Shown here piece by piece: positions 18,708 to 27,853 of a DNA stretch of 64,000 nt. How positions within the stretch are numbered: the first letter of the stretch is position 1; the number at the start of each line of letters is the position of its first letter. The stretch covers positions 2,930-66,929 of the forward strand of contig JAOUMD010000001.1 of NCBI GenBank assembly GCA_029881675.1. Direction: 5' to 3'. The notes beneath the pieces were generated by a model. It was not told where the DNA came from. It made no database searches and worked only from the letters and a program-made list of their open reading frames with translations. Position numbers and translations under genes: made by a program. The DNA comes from Minisyncoccota bacterium. Lineage in GTDB: Bacteria; Patescibacteriota; Microgenomatia; UBA1400; PJMF01.

Positions 18708-20336
18708 ATGGCAAAAAAATTATCAAAACAAACACAGCAAGAAAAAGAATTTCTTGAAAAACTATTTAATGAATCTACAAAAAAAGTAACCTCACAATAC
18801 CTGAAGTTTAGTAAAACTACAGTATCAGAAGCTAAAGACTTTGAGCTTCTAGAACCTCTTTTTCTATTACAAAAAGAAAACTTCTTTAATGGGCTTAGTG
18901 ATTCACTAAACCTTGCAAAAAATGCTCAATCTAAAACACGATTGGAAACTAAAAGAATCTCATACCATAACAAAGAAATGAAAAAGTTTTTAGTTATGTT
19001 GGAAAACACATTTCCTCAAGCTGGAAATATTTGGGTTCTAAATGGTTTAGTTTTCAAAAGACAAGTGGCAGGGCTAAAAGATCTAACTGGCTTTAATAAT
19101 AAAGAAGGACTAATCATAGATGTACTTAACTCAGCAGCATCATTGTCATTAGGAGCTCAAAACCCATGGCTGACAAAAATGGATTATTTAGAAGACCTAT
19201 TGGAAGTTAGGGATAATATTTGTGCTGCCTATCATCCAGGAGTTAGACAAGTTTTTACGCTAAAAAAATTAGCAAACCTCTACCCAAATAAAAATGTTAA
19301 AGATGTTGTTGTGCATACAGAATCATCGGGGAGTGTTGTTGATTCAATTGCGATTGAGTCAGCTTCAGCCTTTGCAGAAAAACAATTAGGAAATGTTAAC
19401 AACAAAGTACTTGCAGTAAATGGAACTTGGGCTGGTGGCTATGGATCAGCCAGAGAAGGATCAGGCTTTGGAGTAGACAATCAGCAAGTTAAGAAAGCTG
19501 GAAAGAATACCTGGGTTGACCGTTGCTTACCTGCTCCTATTAAGAAAAATAGAAAGATATTCCTGGACCTACTAAAAGAAAAACTTTCTAATCAAAAAGT
19601 AGCTGGTATTTATTTAGAACCAGATGTTGTGGGTGATTTAGGTCTCTTCTCAGTTGACAAACAACTATTAGAAGCTGTTAAAAAACTAATGCTCAAACAC
19701 AATCTACCAATCATTTTAGATTGTGTGCAACAACTTGGCAGATCTGGTAGTTACTGGGGAGAGAACGTTGATCAAGTATTTAATGATTACCCACTATTGA
19801 TCTTAACTACTGCAAAATCAGCTTCAAATGGACAACCATTTGGCTTTGTCTTAATGCCAAAAGAAATCGGAGATTGTGCATATCCAGTCAGTCAAATTAC
19901 TACTAACCAGATGAATGGACCGTTATTAAGATCATTAGTCGTTGCTGAAATCTTATCTAACAAACTATTTCAAAAATGGCTACAAAAAAAATCTAAAGAT
20001 ATAGAAAAAGTAGCTCTTAAGTATGGTTTTCAAAAGAATAATTTAGGTCTTAGAGGCAAATACTTAAACAGGGGTATTTACGTTGGGAATAACGATCTAG
20101 TTAAGCTAGTTCAATTAACTCTTTTTATAGAAGATGGCATTCTTGTTGGGGCAACCCCCAATAGCATTAGATATCAACCAATGCTATTGGAATATAGTGA
20201 AACTAATCTTTATGTAGCAGAAACAATCTTTAGAAAAGTAAAACTAGTTAAAGAAGGTAAAGTATCATCAGAAGTAGAAAGTATTTATAAAAAGATGAAT
20301 AATACTGTTTCTGGATTGGCTAGGGATAATATCTAA
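18708..20336 (+). CDS. Divergent class III PLP aminotransferase-like protein with N-terminal extension
   Basis: IYLEPDVVGDLG, IILDCVQQLGRSG (DEVQ variant), TTAKSASNG PLP lysine, IRYQPML. Confidence 0.75.
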   Translation: MAKKLSKQTQQEKEFLEKLFNESTKKVTSQYLKFSKTTVSEAKDFELLEPLFLLQKENFFNGLSDSLNLAKNAQSKTRLETKRISYHNKEMKKFLVMLENTFPQAGNIWVLNGLVFKRQVAGLKDLTGFNNKEGLIIDVLNSAASLSLGAQNPWLTKMDYLEDLLEVRDNICAAYHPGVRQVFTLKKLANLYPNKNVKDVVVHTESSGSVVDSIAIESASAFAEKQLGNVNNKVLAVNGTWAGGYGSAREGSGFGVDNQQVKKAGKNTWVDRCLPAPIKKNRKIFLDLLKEKLSNQKVAGIYLEPDVVGDLGLFSVDKQLLEAVKKLMLKHNLPIILDCVQQLGRSGSYWGENVDQVFNDYPLLILTTAKSASNGQPFGFVLMPKEIGDCAYPVSQITTNQMNGPLLRSLVVAEILSNKLFQKWLQKKSKDIEKVALKYGFQKNNLGLRGKYLNRGIYVGNNDLVKLVQLTLFIEDGILVGATPNSIRYQPMLLEYSETNLYVAETIFRKVKLVKEGKVSSEVESIYKKMNNTVSGLARDNI

Positions 20337-20346
20337 ATGAACTTAT

Positions 20347-21855
20347 TTACCCAATACTTCTTCTTAAAACAGATGCTAACTTTACTTCATAAGTAACATC
20401 AATTTTGTTTTCTAACTTAGTACCAACTAAGCTTGATAGCTTTAAATGTTCTAATTGATATGATGTGGTTGGTTGGAGAGTCTTACCCAAATACTCTTCA
20501 ACCAGCTGAACATCTCCCATTACTTGAGACCATCCTAAATTCTTCTGAGCCAGTTGAGATAAGTTTTTCTTATTTAAATACTTACCAGCAAATGATAAAT
20601 CATCTTTAAAATATAAGTAATATTTTTCAAGAATAGGTAATAATCCTTTTTCTCCAATTTCACGAATCCCTCTTCCAGTTCCTATAAACTCAGGAGGTAT
20701 CCCTAATGAATAAAGAGAACCAGTAAAACCAATTGCTCTTGGAAGAGATTTCTCTCCCATTGTTCTTGAATATCCTAGTAAACCAGTTTGATTAAACCTT
20801 TCTCTTCTTTTAGGAATTGAACTAGCAACTATGTTAATTTCATCAGCTAGATAAGTTAAGCTTTCTTGATAATATTTTTTAAATATTTCAATAATTTGAA
20901 TCATTTTCTTCTCATCCTTAGCTGGAATTTTAACCGCCTTTCTTTTAGGAAGTGTTCTTTCAAGATAACTAACGGCTTTCTTAACTTTGTTTTCACTGAA
21001 ATCATACCTAAAAGCACTCTGAAGAAGAACAGTTCTAACTCCAGAGTATTCTTTTGAAAATTCTTCAACTCTATCTGGACTAAGACCTCCTCTGAATGGT
21101 AGTAAGCCTGGCCCTAGAATAGGATAGATATCAATGCCCATCTTTTTCTCAAGGGAAGAATAGCGAGATAATGCAATCTTTGTAGCCAAAACAGAACTTA
21201 CTAGCCCGGCAGTTAAAGCAGGGTCAGAACGAGCAATTAGAGGTCTTATATAAGTAGGTTTAGATCCAAACTTTTCTGATAACAAATTAAAATATTCTTC
21301 TATCATTTGATCAGAATTAATAATAATATCAACATCTTCAATTAAAGGGATAAGCTCGATGTTTTTCAAAGTATCTTTTGTATGTAATAACTTATGCTGC
21401 AAAGAACTTAACTCATGAAACGCGTCATGAACACTAATCATTTCCTGAGCTGATTGAACCATAGGAAGGATTAACTCAAATAATGGTTTTGAATGTAAGC
21501 CTGCTTTTTTAGTAATGTTTGCAGCACTAAATAGAGCCATTAATGATCGCCCTAATCTAAATTCATTCTCTGATTTGATATCAGGTATTCTGAAAGTTAA
21601 AAATAAATCCTTTCCTAGCTGATTCTTTCTAAAGAACTCAGGGTACTCTCCAAGTAACTTCTCAATCACAGCTTCGTCTACAAGCTTCCCCTCCCAATCC
21701 CACATACATTCTGAAATACCTATTTGAGAATATGCTAGATATGATTCTTTAATTTCATCAGCCGTACTAATAAATTCATTCTTTTGAAAAAATGGCGACT
21801 TAGAATGGTCTGGATGTTGTGTTGCCATTGTGGCTGGTATTTTACGTTTATACAT
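20347..21855 (-). CDS. ppcA: Archaeal-type phosphoenolpyruvate carboxylase
   Basis: RKIPATMATQHPD, MWDWEGK, IARSDPA, LPFRGGL, QSAFRYD, LPRAIGFTGSLYSLGIPPE. Confidence 0.93.
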   Translation of the reverse strand: MYKRKIPATMATQHPDHSKSPFFQKNEFISTADEIKESYLAYSQIGISECMWDWEGKLVDEAVIEKLLGEYPEFFRKNQLGKDLFLTFRIPDIKSENEFRLGRSLMALFSAANITKKAGLHSKPLFELILPMVQSAQEMISVHDAFHELSSLQHKLLHTKDTLKNIELIPLIEDVDIIINSDQMIEEYFNLLSEKFGSKPTYIRPLIARSDPALTAGLVSSVLATKIALSRYSSLEKKMGIDIYPILGPGLLPFRGGLSPDRVEEFSKEYSGVRTVLLQSAFRYDFSENKVKKAVSYLERTLPKRKAVKIPAKDEKKMIQIIEIFKKYYQESLTYLADEINIVASSIPKRRERFNQTGLLGYSRTMGEKSLPRAIGFTGSLYSLGIPPEFIGTGRGIREIGEKGLLPILEKYYLYFKDDLSFAGKYLNKKNLSQLAQKNLGWSQVMGDVQLVEEYLGKTLQPTTSYQLEHLKLSSLVGTKLENKIDVTYEVKLASVLRRSIG

Positions 21856-23014
21856 ATTGAACAAACCTCCTTATCCTTTTCATTGCTTCTTCTAATTCTG
21901 GCAATGAAGCTGCAAAACTTAATCTAAAGTAACCAGGGGCCATGAAAGCTTCTCCTGGTACAACCGCAACATTTTCTTTTGATAAAAGCTCCTGGCACCA
22001 ATCTTGAGAAGTTTTATATCTATCTCCCAACAGATTTGAAATATTTACAAAGAAATAGAAAGCACCTTGTGGTTCTACAAACGAAACTTCAGTAATTTTA
22101 TTTAATTCATTAATCAAATATGATCTTCTCTTAGCCAAAGATTGGACTGTTTTGATCACAGATTCTTGTTTTCCATTCAAAGCCTCAAGAGCTGCATATT
22201 GAGATATAGATGAAGTGTTAGAAGTGGTTTGACTTTGTAATGAAACCATCTTCTTAATCACTTCTCTTGGACCAGTAGCATAACCAACTCTCCAGCCGGT
22301 CATAGAATATGACTTAGAAACTCCATTGATGGTAATTGTTTGTTTTGCAACCTTTGCACTTAAAGAAGCAATAGAATGATGTTTTTTACCAAACAAAATG
22401 CTTTCATATATTTCATCAGAAATAATATAAATCTCATGTTTTATAACTAACTCTGCAATTCTAGTCAATTCACTTTTACCAATTACTGCTCCAGTAGGAT
22501 TTGCAGGACTATTTAAAATAATTGCTTTCGTTCTTAGAGTAATTTTCTTTTCAATATCGCTAGAAGTTAAAACAAATGGAGAAGATAAAGAAACTAAGAC
22601 TGGTTTAGCTCCTGACAGTTTAATTTGCTCAACGTAAGTACTCCAGGTAGGAGTACCAAGTATTACTTCATCTTTAGGGTTACAAATGACTTGTAGTGCG
22701 TTAAAAATTAATTGTTTTGCACCAACTCCAACAACAACTTGCTCAGGAGTAGTAATAATTTTGTTTTGCATAGAAAATTTCTTTGCAATAACCTCTCTTA
22801 ATTCACTTATTCCTTCGGTAGCTGTGTATCTTGTTTTGTTATCTTTAATTGCTTTGATTGCAGCATTTTTAATATTTTCAGGAGTTGGAGTATCTAACTG
22901 CCCTGAAGTTAAATTAATTACAGACTGTCCATTCGCAATTAATTTTGTTACCAACGCATTTAATAATAGGGTTGGGGATGGCTCAATTTGTTGAGCACGA
23001 TATGATGTTTTCAT
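21848..23014 (-). CDS. aspC: Class I PLP aminotransferase (aspartate aminotransferase-like)
   Basis: GAKQ, NSPANPTG, ISDEIY, NGVSKSYSMTGWRVGY, PQGAFY, RLSFA. Confidence 0.88.
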   Translation of the reverse strand: MKTSYRAQQIEPSPTLLLNALVTKLIANGQSVINLTSGQLDTPTPENIKNAAIKAIKDNKTRYTATEGISELREVIAKKFSMQNKIITTPEQVVVGVGAKQLIFNALQVICNPKDEVILGTPTWSTYVEQIKLSGAKPVLVSLSSPFVLTSSDIEKKITLRTKAIILNSPANPTGAVIGKSELTRIAELVIKHEIYIISDEIYESILFGKKHHSIASLSAKVAKQTITINGVSKSYSMTGWRVGYATGPREVIKKMVSLQSQTTSNTSSISQYAALEALNGKQESVIKTVQSLAKRRSYLINELNKITEVSFVEPQGAFYFFVNISNLLGDRYKTSQDWCQELLSKENVAVVPGEAFMAPGYFRLSFAASLPELEEAMKRIRRFVQYV

Positions 23015-23262
23015 ATGTTTTTGGACAAGAAAAAAATCCTGCCGCTAACCTGAATACTTTATATTCTTGGTTAGGGACAAGATTCAAAAATCTCGTGATA
23101 CCACCCTCCTTCATTTTGATGTCACCATCAAAATCTTTGTAACTACGACACAAAAGTGCTTATAGTTTTGCATATGATTACGGATGCTTCCGGCGAGGGT
23201 CTAGTTTCTTATAAATAAGATTTCTTCCTGCAGCTAAAGGGTGTTAACCCTCTCAACGCTTT
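23015..23262 (-). promoter_or_regulatory. T-box riboswitch (Asn, AAC specifier, ultrashort Stem I) with intrinsic terminator
   Basis: Minus strand: AGCGUUGA-GAGGG-UU-AAC-A-CCCUUUAGCU; stem II GGAAGAA...ACUAGACC; stem IIA/B CGGA-AGCA-UCCG-UAA...UGC; AAGGAGGG-UGGUAUC-ACG...UGU-CCCU; terminator ending GGCAGGA-U7. Confidence 0.88.
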
Positions 23263-23371
23263 TACAATGTAATATTAACTTAGTGTTAAATGAATTGCAA
23301 TATCCACATTTGTCAATTTAGATGTACATTAATATTAAACTAATCGTGAGTTTTAAGGTTAGATATTATTA

Positions 23372-24808
23372 TTAATACCTATTCCACAACACCTGATTAG
23401 TCACTTCATGATGATAAATAACCTCTGAAGTTTTAACTATAGTTCCTAAGCTCTTTGGTGATCTATCTGCTACTACCTGCTTATGACTTATATACTTACC
23501 ATGAGTGTCATCACCTAATATTTTTTTCATTAAATCACTAGACTTAAAGATTCTAATTGCATCATAAATAGTACTAGGTAAGAACCTTAGTCTATCTCTT
23601 TTGCCAGCTTCTTTCTTTAACTTAGTACCTTCTAGACCAGTCCTTAAGATTGTATAGAATGCCAAATATGGATTAATATCTGGAGCAACTGACCTAATCT
23701 CTATTCTTGCTGACTTAGCATTACCTGCAGGAATACGTATCATTGCCCCTCTATCACTTGCAGAAACTTTAATCTGGTTAGGTGCCTCAAAATTAGGATC
23801 TAATCTTCTATATGCATTTACACTAGGGTTAAGAACTAAACAAAGCTCAGGAGCATGATTTAATATTCTGTCAATAAATCCCCATGCTAATTTAGAAATC
23901 TTTTCTTTTCCTTTATCATCAAAGAATAAATTCTTCTTACCCTTAATTAAGGATATGTTAAGGTGCATACCAGAACCATTGACTCCTGCAATTGGTTTAG
24001 GTAAGAAAGTGGCTGTCATGCCCATGGTATTAGCAACCTGACGGCAAACTAATTTGTATAACAGGATATTATCCGCAGCTAATAAAGCATTACTATATGA
24101 AAAGTTTAATTCAAACTGAGAGGGAGCCACTTCTGGATGATCTTTTTCATTCATAAAACCCATTGCTCTTTGTACTTCTGCTGACCTATCTATAAACTGT
24201 CTTAATTCATCTAAAGGTAAAGAATGATAGTAACCTCCCTGTGAAGCCAATGTAAATCCAACAGCTCGATTAAAGTTCTGTTCTACATCAGTGCCTTTCA
24301 TCAAAAAGCCTTCTACTTCTGCAGAGAAATGGGGAACTACACCATCTTTTTTTGCCATCTTTACCATGAGTTCAGCAAGACTACTTCTGAAGTCAGCTGG
24401 ATGAAACTTACGATCAGGGGTAAGAATATTTGCAAACATGATAACTTTACCCGGTCCAAAAATATCTGATGGTAAATACCTAATACTGGACCAATCAACT
24501 CCCAAGCGTAGATCTGATTCATTTAAATCACTAAAGCCTTTAATTGAGGAACCATCAAAGGTCAAGTTATCTGCCCCGCCAAGAAAAAACTTTTTATCAT
24601 AATCAAGCATGTGTAAACGACCTTCTAGATCAGAGAAACACAAGGTAATGGCTTTTAGTTTAGTTTCTTTTTTAAAATACTCTCGATATTCTTTTTCTAA
24701 TAAAGCAGGGTCTATAGTTTCAGATCTTTTAATAGCGGTTAGATTTAATTCCTCTAACTTTTCATAAGATATTTCAAGAAATGGGGTTATCGTTTTATTA
24801 TTTAGCAT
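23372..24808 (-). CDS. glnA: Glutamine synthetase type I
   Basis: FDGSSI, HPEVAPSQFE, TATFLPKP, NGSGMH, NAYRRLDPNFEAP, RIEIRS, NPYLA. Confidence 0.93.
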   Translation of the reverse strand: MLNNKTITPFLEISYEKLEELNLTAIKRSETIDPALLEKEYREYFKKETKLKAITLCFSDLEGRLHMLDYDKKFFLGGADNLTFDGSSIKGFSDLNESDLRLGVDWSSIRYLPSDIFGPGKVIMFANILTPDRKFHPADFRSSLAELMVKMAKKDGVVPHFSAEVEGFLMKGTDVEQNFNRAVGFTLASQGGYYHSLPLDELRQFIDRSAEVQRAMGFMNEKDHPEVAPSQFELNFSYSNALLAADNILLYKLVCRQVANTMGMTATFLPKPIAGVNGSGMHLNISLIKGKKNLFFDDKGKEKISKLAWGFIDRILNHAPELCLVLNPSVNAYRRLDPNFEAPNQIKVSASDRGAMIRIPAGNAKSARIEIRSVAPDINPYLAFYTILRTGLEGTKLKKEAGKRDRLRFLPSTIYDAIRIFKSSDLMKKILGDDTHGKYISHKQVVADRSPKSLGTIVKTSEVIYHHEVTNQVLWNRY

Positions 24809-24951
24809 AATTATTTACATATTTATTATTAATTTAGTATTAATTAATATATAAGTTAATATGATTAATGTAAATATGTTAAATTAAGTTATTGTGTCGT
24901 AATTGACTCCATTATCATTTTTTGGATATTAAAGACGTATATAATATTGTC

Positions 24952-25515
24952 ATGAAACACCTTCTACTAACATCTCCCCTCAACACTTACTACCACGTTA
25001 GACATGGCCAAACAGACCTTAATTTAGAAAAAAAGTACCAAGGAACAAGTGATTATCCTCTTAATGAAAATGGTATTAATCAAGCTGCTAGAGTTAAGTT
25101 AGATCAAGCTCCTGATCTTGTCTTTTCCTCACCATTTAAGAGATCTACAAGGACAGCTGAGATTATCACAGGTATTACACCCAACCATGATTCTAGAATT
25201 AATGAAAAAGATGGAGGAGAAATAGAAGGTTGGAGTTATGACAAAATATTTAAGAATTACCCAGAAATTAAACCAGATTTCAATAACCCTTTGGAAGATC
25301 TTCTTTCAATACACCTTCCAAGTGGTGAATCTGACTTAGATGTAATAAAAAGACTCCATCAATTTATTTATGAACTAGAAGAAACACACAAAGGTAAATG
25401 TATTTACATCTTTGGTCATTATGGGACTGGAGTAGCAATGAGATATATCTTTGGTAAAACAAAAGAAGAGATATTCAAACATGTTGAGAATTGTAATGTA
25501 GAAAAATTAAGTTAA
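24952..25515 (+). CDS. Histidine phosphatase family protein
   Basis: VRHGQT, QGTSDYPLNENG, SSPFKRS, GES, GH; ATG at 24952 lies 6 nt after TATAAT. Confidence 0.85.
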   Translation: MKHLLLTSPLNTYYHVRHGQTDLNLEKKYQGTSDYPLNENGINQAARVKLDQAPDLVFSSPFKRSTRTAEIITGITPNHDSRINEKDGGEIEGWSYDKIFKNYPEIKPDFNNPLEDLLSIHLPSGESDLDVIKRLHQFIYELEETHKGKCIYIFGHYGTGVAMRYIFGKTKEEIFKHVENCNVEKLS

Positions 25516-25518
25516 ATA

Positions 25519-25869
25519 ATGAAAAAATATACAAAAATAAACATTCACGATCAGAAACCAGAAACTACACACAATGGCAGTGTCAATTTAATTCGCCTTA
25601 TTCACAATGGAGAAACTAATGCAAATATAGCGACCATGAATAAAGCTTGGTTAGATAAGGGTCAACAGTTTACTCCTCATAAACACCCAGATAGTATTGA
25701 ATATTTTCTTATTACAAATGGCAGTGGAACAATGCTCATTGATGATAATTGGTTTGAGGTAAAAATAGGAGACTTTATTACTATCCCAGTTGATTCTTTA
25801 CACAGTTTAAAAAACACAAGTGACACACCACTAGAATTTATTTCTCTCAGAGGATTAATTAACAAGTAA
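25519..25869 (+). CDS. Cupin-domain protein
   Basis: PHKHPDSIEYF...GSG...GDFITIP...H. Confidence 0.85.
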   Translation: MKKYTKINIHDQKPETTHNGSVNLIRLIHNGETNANIATMNKAWLDKGQQFTPHKHPDSIEYFLITNGSGTMLIDDNWFEVKIGDFITIPVDSLHSLKNTSDTPLEFISLRGLINK

Positions 25870-25888
25870 TTATGATAAAATCAATCTA

Positions 25889-25945
25889 ATGATCAAAACA
25901 AAGCTTCACTTTAAACTAGCTTTCTCTACCACCTCATCATTATGA
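25889..25945 (+). CDS. Putative Ser/Thr-rich attenuator leader peptide MIKTKLHFKLAFSTTSSL
   Basis: Short ORF whose TCT ACC ACC TCA TCA codons overlap the 5' arm of hairpin ACCTCATCA-TTA-TGATGGGGT. Confidence 0.65.
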   Translation: MIKTKLHFKLAFSTTSSL

Positions 25946-25972
25946 TGGGGTAAATAATTGTAATTAAAATAT

Positions 25973-26009
25973 AAGCCCCTATCTAAATAAATACAGATAG
26001 GGGCTTTTT
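25973..26009 (+). terminator. Attenuator terminator upstream of the serB-like gene
   Basis: AAGCCCCTATCT-N10-AGATAGGGGCTTTTT. Confidence 0.85.
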
Positions 26010-26021
26010 AGTGGAATAAAT

Positions 26022-26660
26022 ATGAATAAACAAATAAATATAATCTTTGACTTTGATTCAACCTTAGTAACTATAGAAGGTATTGATGAGCTAGCTAAAT
26101 TAAAAAACAAAGAGCAAGAAGTAATAAAACTAACTAATTATGCTATGAGTGGAAAGGTTAACTTAGAAGAAGCCTTTATTAAAAGATTAGAAATAATAAA
26201 ACCAAATAAAAATGACCTTAATGTAATCTCTCAACTATATAGAGACAACATTACCAATGGAGCAAAAGAGGTAATTGATAATTTACATGACAAAGCTAAT
26301 CTCTTTATTGTTAGTGGGGGATACAAATGCTCTATGCTTCAAACCACTGATTACTTAAATATAAAAAAAGAAAATGTTTTTGCCAATCAGTTATTGTTTG
26401 ATAAAGAAGATAACTATCAATGCTTAAACGAAGAGATTCCATTATGGAAAAATAATGGTAAAGAAATAATAGTTAAACAAATACAAAAAGAAAATCCATA
26501 CAAAACTATTTTTATCGGTGATGGATACAGTGACTATGAAACTTCTAAGTGTGTTAACCAATTTATTTGCTTTGCAGGCGTAGCAAAGAGAGAAGATGTA
26601 ATGAGAAAATCAAAGAGAGTAATATATAAGTTAAGTGAGCTAAGAAAATTTTTAGATTAA
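26022..26660 (+). CDS. serB: Phosphoserine phosphatase-like HAD hydrolase
   Basis: FDFDSTL-xxxEGIDELA, T-xxAMSG, R-L, VSGG, FAN, IGDGYSD. Confidence 0.82.
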   Translation: MNKQINIIFDFDSTLVTIEGIDELAKLKNKEQEVIKLTNYAMSGKVNLEEAFIKRLEIIKPNKNDLNVISQLYRDNITNGAKEVIDNLHDKANLFIVSGGYKCSMLQTTDYLNIKKENVFANQLLFDKEDNYQCLNEEIPLWKNNGKEIIVKQIQKENPYKTIFIGDGYSDYETSKCVNQFICFAGVAKREDVMRKSKRVIYKLSELRKFLD

Positions 26661-27148
26661 TTAGAATTAATATCGTTATCAATTAACCCTCTAAATACCT
26701 CTGCTTTACTTGTCTCATACTGTCCCGATACCCAGTCTAAGTATTTACTCATATTTTTTGGTAAAACTAAAGATATCTTAACTAGTTTCTCTTCTATCTC
26801 ATCATTGTCATGATCTTCTTCATATAAGTTCATGTCTAATTCGAGATCACCTTCTCCTAATAATTCCTTAAGTTCTATAGAAGATAAGAAACCTTTATTT
26901 GCTAAAGATAATAATTGGTTTGCTTGATAAATATTCTTAATTACTCCATAAGCAATGAATACTCTTAAGATTATAATATATACTTTTCTGTCACTAGGTA
27001 ATCTAGATCCTTTTTGCCAACGGGATAATATACTCTCACTATAAACAAGTCCTTCATCAGCAAGTGCATCAGCAAAGCTTGCTAAGGTTTTAAAACCTGC
27101 TCTTTTTCTATACCTTTTTAATAAAGTGCCAAAAGTGATTTGTTGCAT
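26657..27148 (-). CDS. XRE-type HTH plus C-terminal RHH protein (paralog of 13101..13634)
   Basis: TFGTLLKRYRKRAGFKTL...LSRWQKGSRLPSDRK; KISLVLPKNMSKYLDWVSGQYETSKAEVFRGLID. Confidence 0.7.
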   Translation of the reverse strand: MQQITFGTLLKRYRKRAGFKTLASFADALADEGLVYSESILSRWQKGSRLPSDRKVYIIILRVFIAYGVIKNIYQANQLLSLANKGFLSSIELKELLGEGDLELDMNLYEEDHDNDEIEEKLVKISLVLPKNMSKYLDWVSGQYETSKAEVFRGLIDNDINSN

Positions 27149-27299
27149 TTTTTTTTACAGTACCTTCATTATCTCAAAGGCTGCAATGTATAAGGCTTAT
27201 ACAATAAATTCACATTTAGTAAAGATAAATGTTCAAATATATTTAATAGTCATAGTTCTTGACTATTAGTATCTATTTATACGGTTATAATTGAAAAAG

Positions 27300-27852
27300 A
27301 TGAACAATATTAATTTTATTAAATACCACTTCAAAAACGATACAGACAAATCAAAGGTCCTAAGATGGCAACATGGATTATTAGTTAGTAAAACTCTTAA
27401 AAAATTATCTAGAAAATAATAAAGAAACACCAAAGAATATTACAAATCTTCTTAATGCTGCACTAGGGCATGATCTTATTGAAGATACCAATTGCTCAGA
27501 AGAAGAAATAATTAAGCAGTGGAATAATGAAGTCTTAATATTGATAAAAAGCCTAACAAACACTAAGGGCGATGAGAACTTTGATGATTACCTTAATAAT
27601 CTAAAACAAGCTTCTGATGAAGTAATTATCATCAAACTAGCTGATATAAAAACAAATACTCAAAGTTCAATAAAAAATTACCAAATTTTAAAAAAAGAAT
27701 GGTTTATTTCATTTTGGATTCCACTTCTCAAAGACTATTTAGAAATATTTAAAGAAACTACTTCTAATAAATATCCGTTAACAGTTAAAAATCTTATTAA
27801 AGATATTAAGGCTGATTTTAATAAAATAATAGAAATAACTGATAATAACTAA
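27300..27852 (+). pseudogene. Frameshifted HD-domain hydrolase (RelA/SpoT-hydrolase-like)
   Basis: The frame from ATG 27300 stops near 27419; the +1 frame continues AALGHDLIEDT...IKLAD to 27852; shift most likely at CTTAAAAAATTAT (27396-27408). Confidence 0.75.
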
Positions 27853-27853
27853 C

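Noticed and set aside
22945-23142. 65-aa plus-strand ORF
   Set aside because: Antisense to the Asn T-box leader and the aminotransferase start; no recognisable motif
24809-24951. GlnR/TnrA box or glutamine riboswitch upstream of glnA
   Set aside because: No TGTNA-N7-TNACA match or structured motif found; only AT-rich sequence
27541-27852. 103-aa ORF as a stand-alone gene
   Set aside because: It is the 3' part of the frameshifted HD gene beginning at 27300
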